Source: a virus
Lineage: Duplodnaviria; Caudoviricetes
DNA length: 26,273 bases
Reading direction: 5' to 3' (one strand)
Virus record (IMG/VR): IMGVR_UViG_3300035148_000226
Coordinates: 1-26,273 of that record
Shown here: positions 8,193 through 16,731 of the stretch, one piece after another
Numbering within the stretch: position 1 is the stretch's first letter
Layout: each line of letters opens with the position of its first letter
The notes under the pieces: generated by a model
Told to the model about the DNA's origin: nothing
The model's input: only the letters and a program-made list of their open reading frames with translations
The model's database searches: none
Translations under genes and position numbers: made by a program

Positions 8193-10571
8193 TTATATTT
8201 TAATGAGCTCAACTTTAGTTAATTTTCCAGGTGTATAGTTAGATATGTCAGTGATTAAAAATAATTCACCATCATCATATATTTTTTTGATTTTGTTTAC
8301 TGCTGTGTATGTCCACAGAGAATCATCATTACCAGGATTCAAAATATTCTGTATGTCAGTGTCTGTTAAATTGTAATAACGCGTTACTGCATAATAATTA
8401 TTTAGAATACGTGAGAATGTTTTGTAATAATTTTCAATAAAATATTTCCAATCAGATCTTTTAGTTTGAGTCACATCACTGTATACAGTCATACGTGATA
8501 CTGTGCCAACTGATGCACCTCCATAGTATACTAATCCATCAGCAGCAACTGTTGGTCTGGTTCTTAGTAAGACTGATGAGCTTGGTGGATTAACTGGTTC
8601 TTCAATGGTTCTTGATGTGTCATCATAAATAGGTATAAGTGGAAGAGGTGCACCACCAGAATTTTTGGTTTCTTTAGGAGCTGCAAATATTGATGTGTAA
8701 ATTACTTTTTCTTCTGTTTGAGCTGATGGAACATCTATACTAAATGAGCTAAATTCGTTTTCAGTATAGGTAGTATCATCTTTAAAAATATTCTTTTTAG
8801 CATAGCCACTATCTCGTTTCACAACATCTTTTTTAGAGCGATCACGTTTATTTGTCCAATCAAGAATATTTTCAGCAGCATCAGCAATTGCATCTATTGG
8901 TATAAGTTCACTGCCTACTAATAATGCACAATAACGAGTAGACATTTCTTTCACAAAATCTTTTTGCTGTACAGCAGGAAGCAAAGCCATCCAATTTATC
9001 TTTGCACACGGAACACCATCAACAGTATTTTCCCATTCAGCTGAATGTATAGTTACAGTTGCTGCACCAATAGCTGTGCTGTTGTAAATTCGAGCTTCTT
9101 GGTAAGTGAATCCATCAAGTAACTGAAATGGCTCAGTTGATTCTATGTAGCCAGTATAAGTACCATTTGCAGTATATGCAATACTTACTGGAATATTTCC
9201 TATGGGCAATTGCAGTTTTATGCTTGCTCCTCCAGATATTCCTGATATTGTAAAATTAACTTTTAGTTTGCCAAGTATTCTTACAGTGCCACCTTGATTA
9301 TTGCATTCCCATCTGTTTGCGCCAGTACCCTCCCACCAGTAATATGCTTGACTGGTTACTGCTCCTCCACGATATACTACTTCCCAGTTTGTTATTACTT
9401 GTGGAGTTGATGATGCAGCAAACACCATAACTTGACTTGTTGTTTTTTTCAATTTATCAGTACGCGCATTTATCCACTTGTCTGGGTATTTCCAATCGCT
9501 CCATGCCGGAGTCATATACAAACTATTTTCTTTAGGATAGATATCTGACACATTAACTTTACATGTATTTAGTACGCTAAATATTGGAACAAGTGGCATA
9601 TATAATGGTGCTCGTATATCAACAAAATTTCCAAGTGATAGTCCACCCATGTTACTTACAATAGTAAAGTCAGTAAGATCAAGTGTACAAGTTGACGCTG
9701 CTGCTGCTACAAATGCAAAATAAACTGAGTCATAGTTTGCACTTGTTAAATTTACAGTAAGAGTTTTTGCACCTATAGTTGTGTAATTTGTAGGAGAACC
9801 AAGTATTACTGGGACAGCAGCTCCAAGTTGACCATACATTGTTAAAGTTATTGTTCCACTTATAGCAGAAAAATTAAAGTTTAAAGTTATTGTATAAGCA
9901 TTTTCAGATCTTAATGGCAAATTATTTAAGCGCATAAAATCAGATGGAGTTGATGCTATTAAAACAAGTGTACCCGTGTTAGTAAACTTTACACTTTCTA
10001 TAGTACCAACTTTTTGAGTTATTGCTTCCCATGGTTCTATTGAATTTGCATTTGCCCAGTTTTTGTTTACAATTGTTATAAGCTGTGCTCCATGTGCACC
10101 ATAACTTAAAATTGATGCAGGATATTTTGCTGTGCCGTCTAAATTTTTATTTGCAGTAAGCACGGCATTAGAAACAACTTCTGCTGCTGGCGGTAAATCA
10201 TTCCACGGATCAACAGCATCTTGTATAGTTTTATTTTCTATTGAAGATATTAAAGTAATTTCAGATGAATACATTGATAAACTAAACCCGTCATTCAAAT
10301 TAGTTAAGACACCTATGTAATCACTAAATAAAGTTAAACCGTTTTGTACAGCTCTGACTGTGTATGTAGAAGCCCCTCTTGCTTTAGGTAAATTAACAAA
10401 CCCAAATATTCGTCTGTTGTTTAACGTGTCTGGTAACTTTACAGCATTTGTATAATTTACAAAGCGACTTGTTAAGTTACTTAGATCAAGATACTTAATA
10501 TTAATTGCTAAAAAGGATTGTGGACTTAAGTCCACTAAATTCTCATTAACATAGAGTTGTAAATTTGTCAT
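8193..10571 (-). CDS. Tail tip/hub protein (Tal-like) with inserted beta-sandwich domains
   Basis: 792 aa; N-terminal LYVN...VDL...YTN.VKLP.T.NN.RIFGF and C-terminal ISNY.PGKLTKVELIKI resemble Bacteroidota phage tail hubs; adjacent to the tape measure gene. Confidence 0.65.
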   Translation of the reverse strand: MTNLQLYVNENLVDLSPQSFLAINIKYLDLSNLTSRFVNYTNAVKLPDTLNNRRIFGFVNLPKARGASTYTVRAVQNGLTLFSDYIGVLTNLNDGFSLSMYSSEITLISSIENKTIQDAVDPWNDLPPAAEVVSNAVLTANKNLDGTAKYPASILSYGAHGAQLITIVNKNWANANSIEPWEAITQKVGTIESVKFTNTGTLVLIASTPSDFMRLNNLPLRSENAYTITLNFNFSAISGTITLTMYGQLGAAVPVILGSPTNYTTIGAKTLTVNLTSANYDSVYFAFVAAAASTCTLDLTDFTIVSNMGGLSLGNFVDIRAPLYMPLVPIFSVLNTCKVNVSDIYPKENSLYMTPAWSDWKYPDKWINARTDKLKKTTSQVMVFAASSTPQVITNWEVVYRGGAVTSQAYYWWEGTGANRWECNNQGGTVRILGKLKVNFTISGISGGASIKLQLPIGNIPVSIAYTANGTYTGYIESTEPFQLLDGFTYQEARIYNSTAIGAATVTIHSAEWENTVDGVPCAKINWMALLPAVQQKDFVKEMSTRYCALLVGSELIPIDAIADAAENILDWTNKRDRSKKDVVKRDSGYAKKNIFKDDTTYTENEFSSFSIDVPSAQTEEKVIYTSIFAAPKETKNSGGAPLPLIPIYDDTSRTIEEPVNPPSSSVLLRTRPTVAADGLVYYGGASVGTVSRMTVYSDVTQTKRSDWKYFIENYYKTFSRILNNYYAVTRYYNLTDTDIQNILNPGNDDSLWTYTAVNKIKKIYDDGELFLITDISNYTPGKLTKVELIKI

Positions 10572-12343
10572 GATATAAATAGTTCAGGGTATTCAATTTC
10601 TAAATTAAAAGCATGTTTCTCTTTACGAGTGAAAGTTTTATTTTTAGTGGGTTTAACTAATAGACCAATTTTAGTAGCTCCAGATTTTAATTCATATACT
10701 TGTTGTCCTATGCGTCTTTGTATAGTAGTAGTTGTTGAAAGTAATTCAGTGACAACAGTAGTATACTCTTCATTAGAGCTCATAAAATCATGTAATGCTT
10801 CCCATTCATTCAACGTTAAATTAGATGCAAATAAAGTTCTTTGTTTTGCAATACTATTTCGTATCTCATAAGACTGCTCTTGGTTAAATTCAAATGACCA
10901 CTCAAGCACACCGCCAAGTGAATTTCTTCCCATTAGCAATACTGCATTGCATCCATATGAATCATTACCTCTGATTTTAAGAATTGGAAATCCACGCAAC
11001 TCAACAATAATGCTCGCAACAGTTATACCAAGATTTTGTATTGTTACTTCATAAGCATCTGAAAGATACCCACCAGTTAAAGCAAGTATATTAAGTTGAA
11101 ATAGTTTATAAGTAGATTCTGCAAATACAAATGAAGCAAGTTCTGTTCCATAACTACTTGTATTAGTAAGTAATGAATGTGGATATATTTTAACAGTACC
11201 AGTTTTTATAATAGTACTTAAAGGCAATTCAAAACCGTTGTATACATAGAGTCTGTCCTGCTTAGTAAGATATTCAGTATACTTAACAATTGAAATGTCT
11301 TCAACATAGTGTTCCATAATTAAGCCACCTGTCTTCATTACCCAGAACTCAACAGTAGTCAGTGTCGTTGTTGGAGTAACTGTTAAAGTAAAAGTTGTTG
11401 ACACTGTATTAAATCCTATTACTTCTAGCTCAGGACCGTAACCGTTGTTGAAACCAACCCACAAAATTCCGTTGCCTCCCATCTTATACGCTGTTATTTT
11501 TATTTGGTATGTGATTCCTGCGTAAAGTGGAATCGACAAAGTTTTTTGAGCCTTCTGCGAATTTGTAACAGGAGCAAGTGAGGCTGTTGCTTCTATTGTA
11601 GTAAACGTCCATGCTGAACCGGCGGAAGGAACGTTTGCCCAACCGCTCGTAAAGTTAGTATCATTTATATTTGCAACATCAGGTACTCTGTATAAATCGG
11701 CATTATTTCCACCGGGTGCAGGAATTTGTAATGCTCCATACACCGCAAAAATAGGGTTAGCACTTTCGGAAATTAATGAACCATTACCACCAAACCAAGT
11801 CTCCTGATATTTTATATAGAAATTTCTATATGCTTCAACATCATTATGAGTATAGCCTGTAAGTGGATTTTTGTTATCAGCATCCATTATTGTTTTTATA
11901 ACTGACAAGTCAGCAGTTATCAATCCACCAAGAGGGTCAACATGATAAAATGCTGTAGGAAATAACTCAGCATTTGTAATCGTATTAAAGAAAGAAACAG
12001 CTAATCTATATGTCCCACGTGCTGTAGTCAAATTTACGTAGCCCGCTCCACCAGCAATTGAGTATACAGTATCAACTTCTACTAATGTGTTTGGTGCTGA
12101 GTACACAGAAGATATTACCCATGCTGATGAGTCATTATAGGTTCCGTCATCTGACTTAAAATAAATGTAGTCACCAGCAGTGAATTGACTTGCTATGTTT
12201 ACACCACTAAACTGTATTTGTGATGCACCACCTCCACCAGCATTTACCTGATTGAATGCATAATCTTTTCGTTGAAACTTATATACGATGGGGTTAAGAG
12301 CCATCGAAAAAGGTGCAGGTCTTTGTAAAACTGTTATACTCAT
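10568..12343 (-). CDS. Tail protein (distal tail-like) with CBM-like insert
   Basis: 591 aa, beta-rich; C-terminal RNSLGG...WSF...Q and FNLEIEYP pattern; ATGA-coupled to the tail hub gene. Confidence 0.6.
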   Translation of the reverse strand: MSITVLQRPAPFSMALNPIVYKFQRKDYAFNQVNAGGGGASQIQFSGVNIASQFTAGDYIYFKSDDGTYNDSSAWVISSVYSAPNTLVEVDTVYSIAGGAGYVNLTTARGTYRLAVSFFNTITNAELFPTAFYHVDPLGGLITADLSVIKTIMDADNKNPLTGYTHNDVEAYRNFYIKYQETWFGGNGSLISESANPIFAVYGALQIPAPGGNNADLYRVPDVANINDTNFTSGWANVPSAGSAWTFTTIEATASLAPVTNSQKAQKTLSIPLYAGITYQIKITAYKMGGNGILWVGFNNGYGPELEVIGFNTVSTTFTLTVTPTTTLTTVEFWVMKTGGLIMEHYVEDISIVKYTEYLTKQDRLYVYNGFELPLSTIIKTGTVKIYPHSLLTNTSSYGTELASFVFAESTYKLFQLNILALTGGYLSDAYEVTIQNLGITVASIIVELRGFPILKIRGNDSYGCNAVLLMGRNSLGGVLEWSFEFNQEQSYEIRNSIAKQRTLFASNLTLNEWEALHDFMSSNEEYTTVVTELLSTTTTIQRRIGQQVYELKSGATKIGLLVKPTKNKTFTRKEKHAFNLEIEYPELFIS

Positions 12344-12522
12344 TTCTTTTTATGTTTAGTCATTCCAATAACTATTATTGCGCTTACTCCAACTCCAATT
12401 ACTCTGGGGTCGTTATTACTTTTAGGTCCATTTACATATGTGCCTTTATTAATCTGAACTGCTGATGTTGTTATACACCCAGTCAATAATGTAGCTAAAA
12501 TAGCTATGATACATTTGGCCAT
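12340..12522 (-). CDS. Small lipoprotein with C-terminal hydrophobic segment
   Basis: Signal peptide with lipobox LTG-C (C16); fills the gap with an ATGA overlap downstream and a 19-nt overlap upstream. Confidence 0.55.
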   Translation of the reverse strand: MAKCIIAILATLLTGCITTSAVQINKGTYVNGPKSNNDPRVIGVGVSAIIVIGMTKHKKK

Positions 12523-12965
12523 AGCTGTTCTCTAATTTTAGCATACATTGTTTGTTGTACTTCAGATTCAAATGCTTTAACTTGTTTATCAAATATAGTG
12601 AACACATATAAACCAGGACGTTCACCAAGAAAAATATCAGTTCCTTTTTGGTGTATCTTTCGAGCAATAAGAAATGCAAGACTTTTAATTGATATTCCAT
12701 CAGGAGTAATGCCTTTATCTTTTATCCACTGAATAAGCCTTACACGCAATGGTTCACCTTTACCACTTCCACTTTTTGTTGGCCCACGTCCATATATTTG
12801 GAAATGAAAATAGCTAGCACCAACTAATTCACCACCAGTTTCAGTTACATTTTGAACTGACAAAGAAGCCATTGACTTACCAGAAGCTTTTATGCCTTTG
12901 CTTTGTTGGTCTTCTATGATGTCAACTTTAATTGACTCCAGTAATTTAGTTATTAGCTCTTTCAT
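12504..12965 (-). CDS. Neck/tail completion protein (HK97 gp10-like)
   Basis: ASGK...SL, YGRGP, I.WIK.KGI.P, SLAFLIARKI...GT motifs common to phage tail-completion proteins. Confidence 0.6.
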   Translation of the reverse strand: MKELITKLLESIKVDIIEDQQSKGIKASGKSMASLSVQNVTETGGELVGASYFHFQIYGRGPTKSGSGKGEPLRVRLIQWIKDKGITPDGISIKSLAFLIARKIHQKGTDIFLGERPGLYVFTIFDKQVKAFESEVQQTMYAKIREQLWPNVS

Positions 12966-13442
12966 TTAGCAACCTCTTGAGTTAGTGTTAAAGTCCCAAT
13001 TGAATATAGTAGCTGCACCAACAAGAGACTTATCAAATTTTTCGTATACTTTGTTTAAGTCCCACTCTACTATAGGATTTTCTTTGTGTGTTAATTGACT
13101 CTTGTTTAATTTGAATATCATATTATTTATAAGCTTATGCATTTTGTATATGTACACATTAGCTTCTTCACTTGATAATTCATTTGTACCAGAGTCAACA
13201 GACATAAGCATCATACCCACAACAGAAATACGTCTTACTATTAATCCACTTTCTGTTGTACGATTTTTTGATTGATCAGTAGAAAGAAAAACAAATGCAG
13301 GCTTATCTTCAGTAGTTTCAATTTCATCTATACCAAAGTTTGCTTCAGTGAAATTTGCATATACAAATGTAACTGGAGAATCAAGTTCATTCTCTACTAT
13401 TCGTTTTAATTCTATTATTGCTGGGTCATTGCGTTGGTCCAT
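12966..13442 (-). CDS. Putative tail terminator/structural protein
   Basis: 158 aa, acidic alpha/beta protein adjacent to the tail completion gene; assignment by size and position only. Confidence 0.45.
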   Translation of the reverse strand: MDQRNDPAIIELKRIVENELDSPVTFVYANFTEANFGIDEIETTEDKPAFVFLSTDQSKNRTTESGLIVRRISVVGMMLMSVDSGTNELSSEEANVYIYKMHKLINNMIFKLNKSQLTHKENPIVEWDLNKVYEKFDKSLVGAATIFNWDFNTNSRGC

Positions 13443-13734
13443 TTTGTTCTGGGTTTACGATTGCTCTATAACGTTCTCTAAATTCTGATTGTTCTTTCCA
13501 TAACACAAAGAATGGGATGACATTGTCAAATGATTCTTGTAAAACAATGCTTGGTAAAACACCATAGTACTGAGCAAACCTATCGATAACAGATAAGTCA
13601 GTGAAGGCAGAAAGCTTTTCAACTTGGGCAGCTTTAGCAAAGTCATTCTCAAGATCAGTTTTTGAACTTTTAGTGGGAGCAAGTAAAGCAAGCCACCGCT
13701 CCCAAAGTTGTTCAGCTTGCTTAAGAAGAAAAAA
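13426..13734 (-). CDS. -1 frameshift extension of the tail assembly chaperone (GT-like C-terminus)
   Basis: The -1 frame stays open for 100 codons after the T TTT TTC heptamer and reaches the next gene (17-nt overlap); protein-like sequence AAQVEKL..F...VIDRFA.YYG...W.EQ.EFRERY. Confidence 0.7.
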   Translation of the reverse strand, partial: FFLLKQAEQLWERWLALLAPTKSSKTDLENDFAKAAQVEKLSAFTDLSVIDRFAQYYGVLPSIVLQESFDNVIPFFVLWKEQSEFRERYRAIVNPEQNGPTQ

Positions 13735-14231
13735 CCAATAGGGAATGTTTCGCATATTGGCATTTCACGCACTTCATTTTCAAGTATATCAGCTTGTTCA
13801 CTATCAAATCTTGCCCCAGATATAATTGGTTGCATATATACAGCAACTGCTTTGCTTATCAATTGTTCTAAAACAACATTTGATTCATACATAGCAGAAC
13901 GTATATGCATATTTTGTTCTATTGATAATGAACCAAGCTTTGTAGGAATTTTGTACTTAACGTCCCTGTACTTAAAATAGCCCTTATGCTTTTGTTCTCT
14001 GAAATATTCAGGTTGGTTGAACACAAAAGCTGTGCATTGGTACAATGAACTTTCCAAAATTTCAGAAGTGGATTGTGCTACCTCATCATAGTCTACATTC
14101 AACAAAAAGCAAAATGCTTTAAGTAAGTCAAGTTTATTCACTGACTTAAGTCGTTGAAATTGTTCAGTGCTGGTTTCTTCCCAACACGTTGGACTATTTT
14201 TTACAATATCATTTACAGATACAACTATCAT
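13455..14231 (-). CDS. Tail assembly chaperone (G-like, 0-frame product)
   Basis: ATG at 14231 in ATGA overlap with the upstream ORF; PTCWEE.STEQF N-terminus; PIGFFF slippery site. Confidence 0.65.
   Translation of the reverse strand: MIVVSVNDIVKNSPTCWEETSTEQFQRLKSVNKLDLLKAFCFLLNVDYDEVAQSTSEILESSLYQCTAFVFNQPEYFREQKHKGYFKYRDVKYKIPTKLGSLSIEQNMHIRSAMYESNVVLEQLISKAVAVYMQPIISGARFDSEQADILENEVREMPICETFPIGFFFLSKLNNFGSGGLLYLLPLKVQKLILRMTLLKLPKLKSFLPSLTYLLSIGLLSTMVFYQALFYKNHLTMSSHSLCYGKNNQNLENVIEQS
13674..13734 (-). promoter_or_regulatory. Programmed -1 ribosomal frameshift signal (heptamer plus H-type pseudoknot)
   Basis: U UUU UUC at 13734-13728, 5-nt spacer, stem 1 AAGCAAGC/GCUUGCUU, stem 2 UGGGAGC/GCUCCCA interleaved. 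Confidence 0.8.
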
Positions 14232-14380
14232 AGTAAATTCCAACCGTAAAGTAAAGACACAAATAACAATTTAGCAGCTATGCCAATAACTAAAAAGCTA
14301 ACAGTAGCAATGGGCAAGTATATCACAACTTGTAGTAACCATTTGCTCCAATCAATTAATACAGTGAGTAGTTTTTTCAT
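14228..14380 (-). CDS. 50-aa membrane protein (below ORF-track cutoff)
   Basis: Hand translation MKKLLTVLIDWSKWLLQVVIYLPIATVSFLVIGIAAKLLFVSLLYGWNLL; fills the gap exactly (1-nt gap upstream, ATGA overlap downstream). Confidence 0.65.
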   Translation of the reverse strand: MKKLLTVLIDWSKWLLQVVIYLPIATVSFLVIGIAAKLLFVSLLYGWNLL

Positions 14381-14381
14381 A

Positions 14382-14615
14382 TTAGTTATTTATGAGTAAG
14401 TGTTTGATTATGTGTTTGTCATTTTGCTTTTTAATGTTCTCCATTATTGAATAGACAACATTGTCGTATTGCTTTTCAAAGTGATATTCTGATTCAGGGT
14501 GAAATGTTTTACTTACAATATGCAATACAACATTATCCTCTCCTTGAATCATTCGTCCATCCCAATACGGCATTTGCGTACGTGGGTCTTCTTTAAGTGT
14601 AATTTCAATTTTCAT
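14382..14615 (-). CDS. Hypothetical protein
   Basis: 77-aa ATG ORF overlapping the upstream gene by 11 nt. Confidence 0.65.
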   Translation of the reverse strand: MKIEITLKEDPRTQMPYWDGRMIQGEDNVVLHIVSKTFHPESEYHFEKQYDNVVYSIMENIKKQNDKHIIKHLLINN

Positions 14616-14847
14616 ATGCTTCTATTTCAAATGGATTTTTTTTATAGCCCAATGTTATGATGTAAAACAAATACAACAAATAAAACTTAGCTACACCAAG
14701 TCTTCGTACTTGCTCTACATGTTTCCACTCATGCTTTCTTGTTGTTTCAGTTGGTTCTCCTTTGTAAAATATGAATGGGTATAGTGTTATTGCATCATAC
14801 TTTTTCAACAGAAACCAGCGTTTACATATTACCTCTTTTACTTCCAT
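14605..14847 (-). CDS. Minimal HExxH zincin-like protein (DUF4157-like)
   Basis: AITLYPFIF, HEWKHVEQ and NPFEIEAY motifs. Confidence 0.7.
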   Translation of the reverse strand: MEVKEVICKRWFLLKKYDAITLYPFIFYKGEPTETTRKHEWKHVEQVRRLGVAKFYLLYLFYIITLGYKKNPFEIEAYEN

Positions 14848-14981
14848 ACCACTATTATAGTTAAAGCTGTAAACGTTACAATGTTTGTCAGTATCAACAA
14901 ACGTATTATGCCTTTTAAGTTATGCTCTTGTGCATAAGCATTTTTAGCAATTTGGTAATAGTCTCTCTTTTTTCTTTTCAT
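14838..14981 (-). CDS. 47-aa protein with basic N-terminus and C-terminal transmembrane segment
   Basis: Hand translation MKRKKRDYYQIAKNAYAQEHNLKGIIRLLILTNIVTFTALTIIVVWK; ATGA overlap with the terL stop. Confidence 0.55.
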   Translation of the reverse strand: MKRKKRDYYQIAKNAYAQEHNLKGIIRLLILTNIVTFTALTIIVVWK

Positions 14982-16303
14982 ATAGTTCTGCCATTTGTTT
15001 TTACTTCTCTGTGTGTTATGATGCTTGGCCCCATTACAGTGTTAACATCAAACCAAGCACGCATTAAATATGTATCACTGTCATCGGGGCTTCTGCCAAT
15101 CACTTTCACAATTTCATCTTTGCTAACTAACTTACGTTTACCATCAACATCAAATGTTTTCTCCTTTAACTGCTCTAATTCCTGTGATAGGAAATCTCTA
15201 CTTTCATCATCAGTGTTCTCATAAGCTTTGCCCTCGTTAATAATTTTTGCAACATGAAATCCACACTGATCTTTCATTGATGCATAATTGCCTGCACTTG
15301 CTGCACGGTTAGCAACAAAGCCCTTACATCTTAAAATGTCAACAACACCTCCACCAATACCATCCTCATCACAAATGACTTTTGACATTGTGATTTGATA
15401 TTGCTCACTAAGCATCTTTATTTCATATGCAGTTTCAGTAATTGGTTTCTTAATAAGCACAACTCTTTTTAGTACTACCCAGCCATCCCATACTCTTATG
15501 ATTGTGCGTGCACTACCAAAGCGTGCAATATCAGCAGTGATATAACGTTTACCATCTCCTTTCACAAAGCTATTAGTGAATAGGTTCATAATCGCTTCAG
15601 CACTAATAAGCTGATTAGGGTCACTAATGAAATCCCAATTGCCATCCAACAATCGTGCTTTGCTTGCAACATCCAACTGCTCAAGACTTGTTCTGTAATG
15701 TGGTGATATGAATTGATTATCATCTAATGTTGAACGTACAAACATACGATGGGACAGCAATTGTTTCTTTACCCATGGTGAATAGTAGTCTAACTTTGTC
15801 CAATTCTTTGCAGGGTTGCATGTCATACCAATTTTAGGAGTGATTGATGCATTAGGAAATTCACGTATACGAGATTTCAATACGTTCTTAACTTTCAGTA
15901 CAACTTGGTTTGCCTCATCAATAAAAGCATCCATGATTTCTAATGAACCTAACTCATCACACTCTGGGTCACTGGGATAGTAGAACAAATCTTTCAGCAG
16001 TATTTCACTGCCATTATTAAAGCGTATTGTTGAAGGCGCAACATATTTGAATGTATGCTCCACTCCTTGCATACGTGCTACTTTAAAAAACGTATTGAGT
16101 GTTGTCTCCCTTAAAGTCTTTAGTGATGCTCTGCCAATAACTGAACGAGTATTGGGGTACATTAATCTCCTTTTCATTTGCCAATAACAACCCAGCATTG
16201 ATTTGCCACCACCTGCACCACCACCATACAGCAAATCACTGATGCCGTTGTCATAATTCTCTAGTATGTCTAGAGCTTCAGTTTGTCTAAACGTTAGCTC
16301 CAT
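14978..16303 (-). CDS. terL: Terminase large subunit
   Basis: Walker A GGAGGGKS, Walker B FIDEA, coupling motif TCNP, RNase H-like ADIARFG, DEDGIGGG and SPDDSD. Confidence 0.95.
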   Translation of the reverse strand: MELTFRQTEALDILENYDNGISDLLYGGGAGGGKSMLGCYWQMKRRLMYPNTRSVIGRASLKTLRETTLNTFFKVARMQGVEHTFKYVAPSTIRFNNGSEILLKDLFYYPSDPECDELGSLEIMDAFIDEANQVVLKVKNVLKSRIREFPNASITPKIGMTCNPAKNWTKLDYYSPWVKKQLLSHRMFVRSTLDDNQFISPHYRTSLEQLDVASKARLLDGNWDFISDPNQLISAEAIMNLFTNSFVKGDGKRYITADIARFGSARTIIRVWDGWVVLKRVVLIKKPITETAYEIKMLSEQYQITMSKVICDEDGIGGGVVDILRCKGFVANRAASAGNYASMKDQCGFHVAKIINEGKAYENTDDESRDFLSQELEQLKEKTFDVDGKRKLVSKDEIVKVIGRSPDDSDTYLMRAWFDVNTVMGPSIITHREVKTNGRTI

Positions 16304-16638
16304 TACTTCTTATACGTTTTGGTTTCATTCCAAGTAATTTCTTGCTTGCCAGTCTGTTCAATCTCCTGTTTAACTTTGCCAAACGCTCTCTCCATTATCT
16401 CTTTTGCTGCTGCAACCTGGCCTGGATTGCTTGTAGACTTTGCAGTTCGTATTAGTGCTTTCACTACTTCAGCAATTTCAGAATCACTCATATTGCCCTC
16501 ATCAGTGTGACCCAGCAATTCAGCCATAAGCATCTTTAATACAGGCAATTGCTTAGGCCTACCTTTGCGATTAATGTTTGGGTCTCCTTTTTTGAAGCCG
16601 TGTTTTTGAATGTTTGGATTTCCTCCTTTGCGTGCCAT
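16303..16638 (-). CDS. terS: Terminase small subunit (DUF5681-like N-terminus)
   Basis: FKKG.PNINRKGRPK motif, AAKEIMERAFGK; TAATG overlap with terL; ATG at 16638 preferred over TTG at 16689. Confidence 0.8.
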   Translation of the reverse strand: MARKGGNPNIQKHGFKKGDPNINRKGRPKQLPVLKMLMAELLGHTDEGNMSDSEIAEVVKALIRTAKSTSNPGQVAAAKEIMERAFGKVKQEIEQTGKQEITWNETKTYKK

Positions 16639-16705
16639 GTTGCGTTTTTTGTTTTTGACATTCGTTGTCACATTGTCACTTTGTGTCAACGCGCATCACT
16701 GATTG

Positions 16706-16718
16706 TTATATAATACTA
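16706..16718 (-). promoter_or_regulatory. Repeated 13-mer TAGTATTATATAA (copy 1), candidate phage promoter
   Basis: Intergenic, upstream of terS; identical copy at 17930-17942. Confidence 0.4.
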
Positions 16719-16731
16719 AAACAATTATTGT

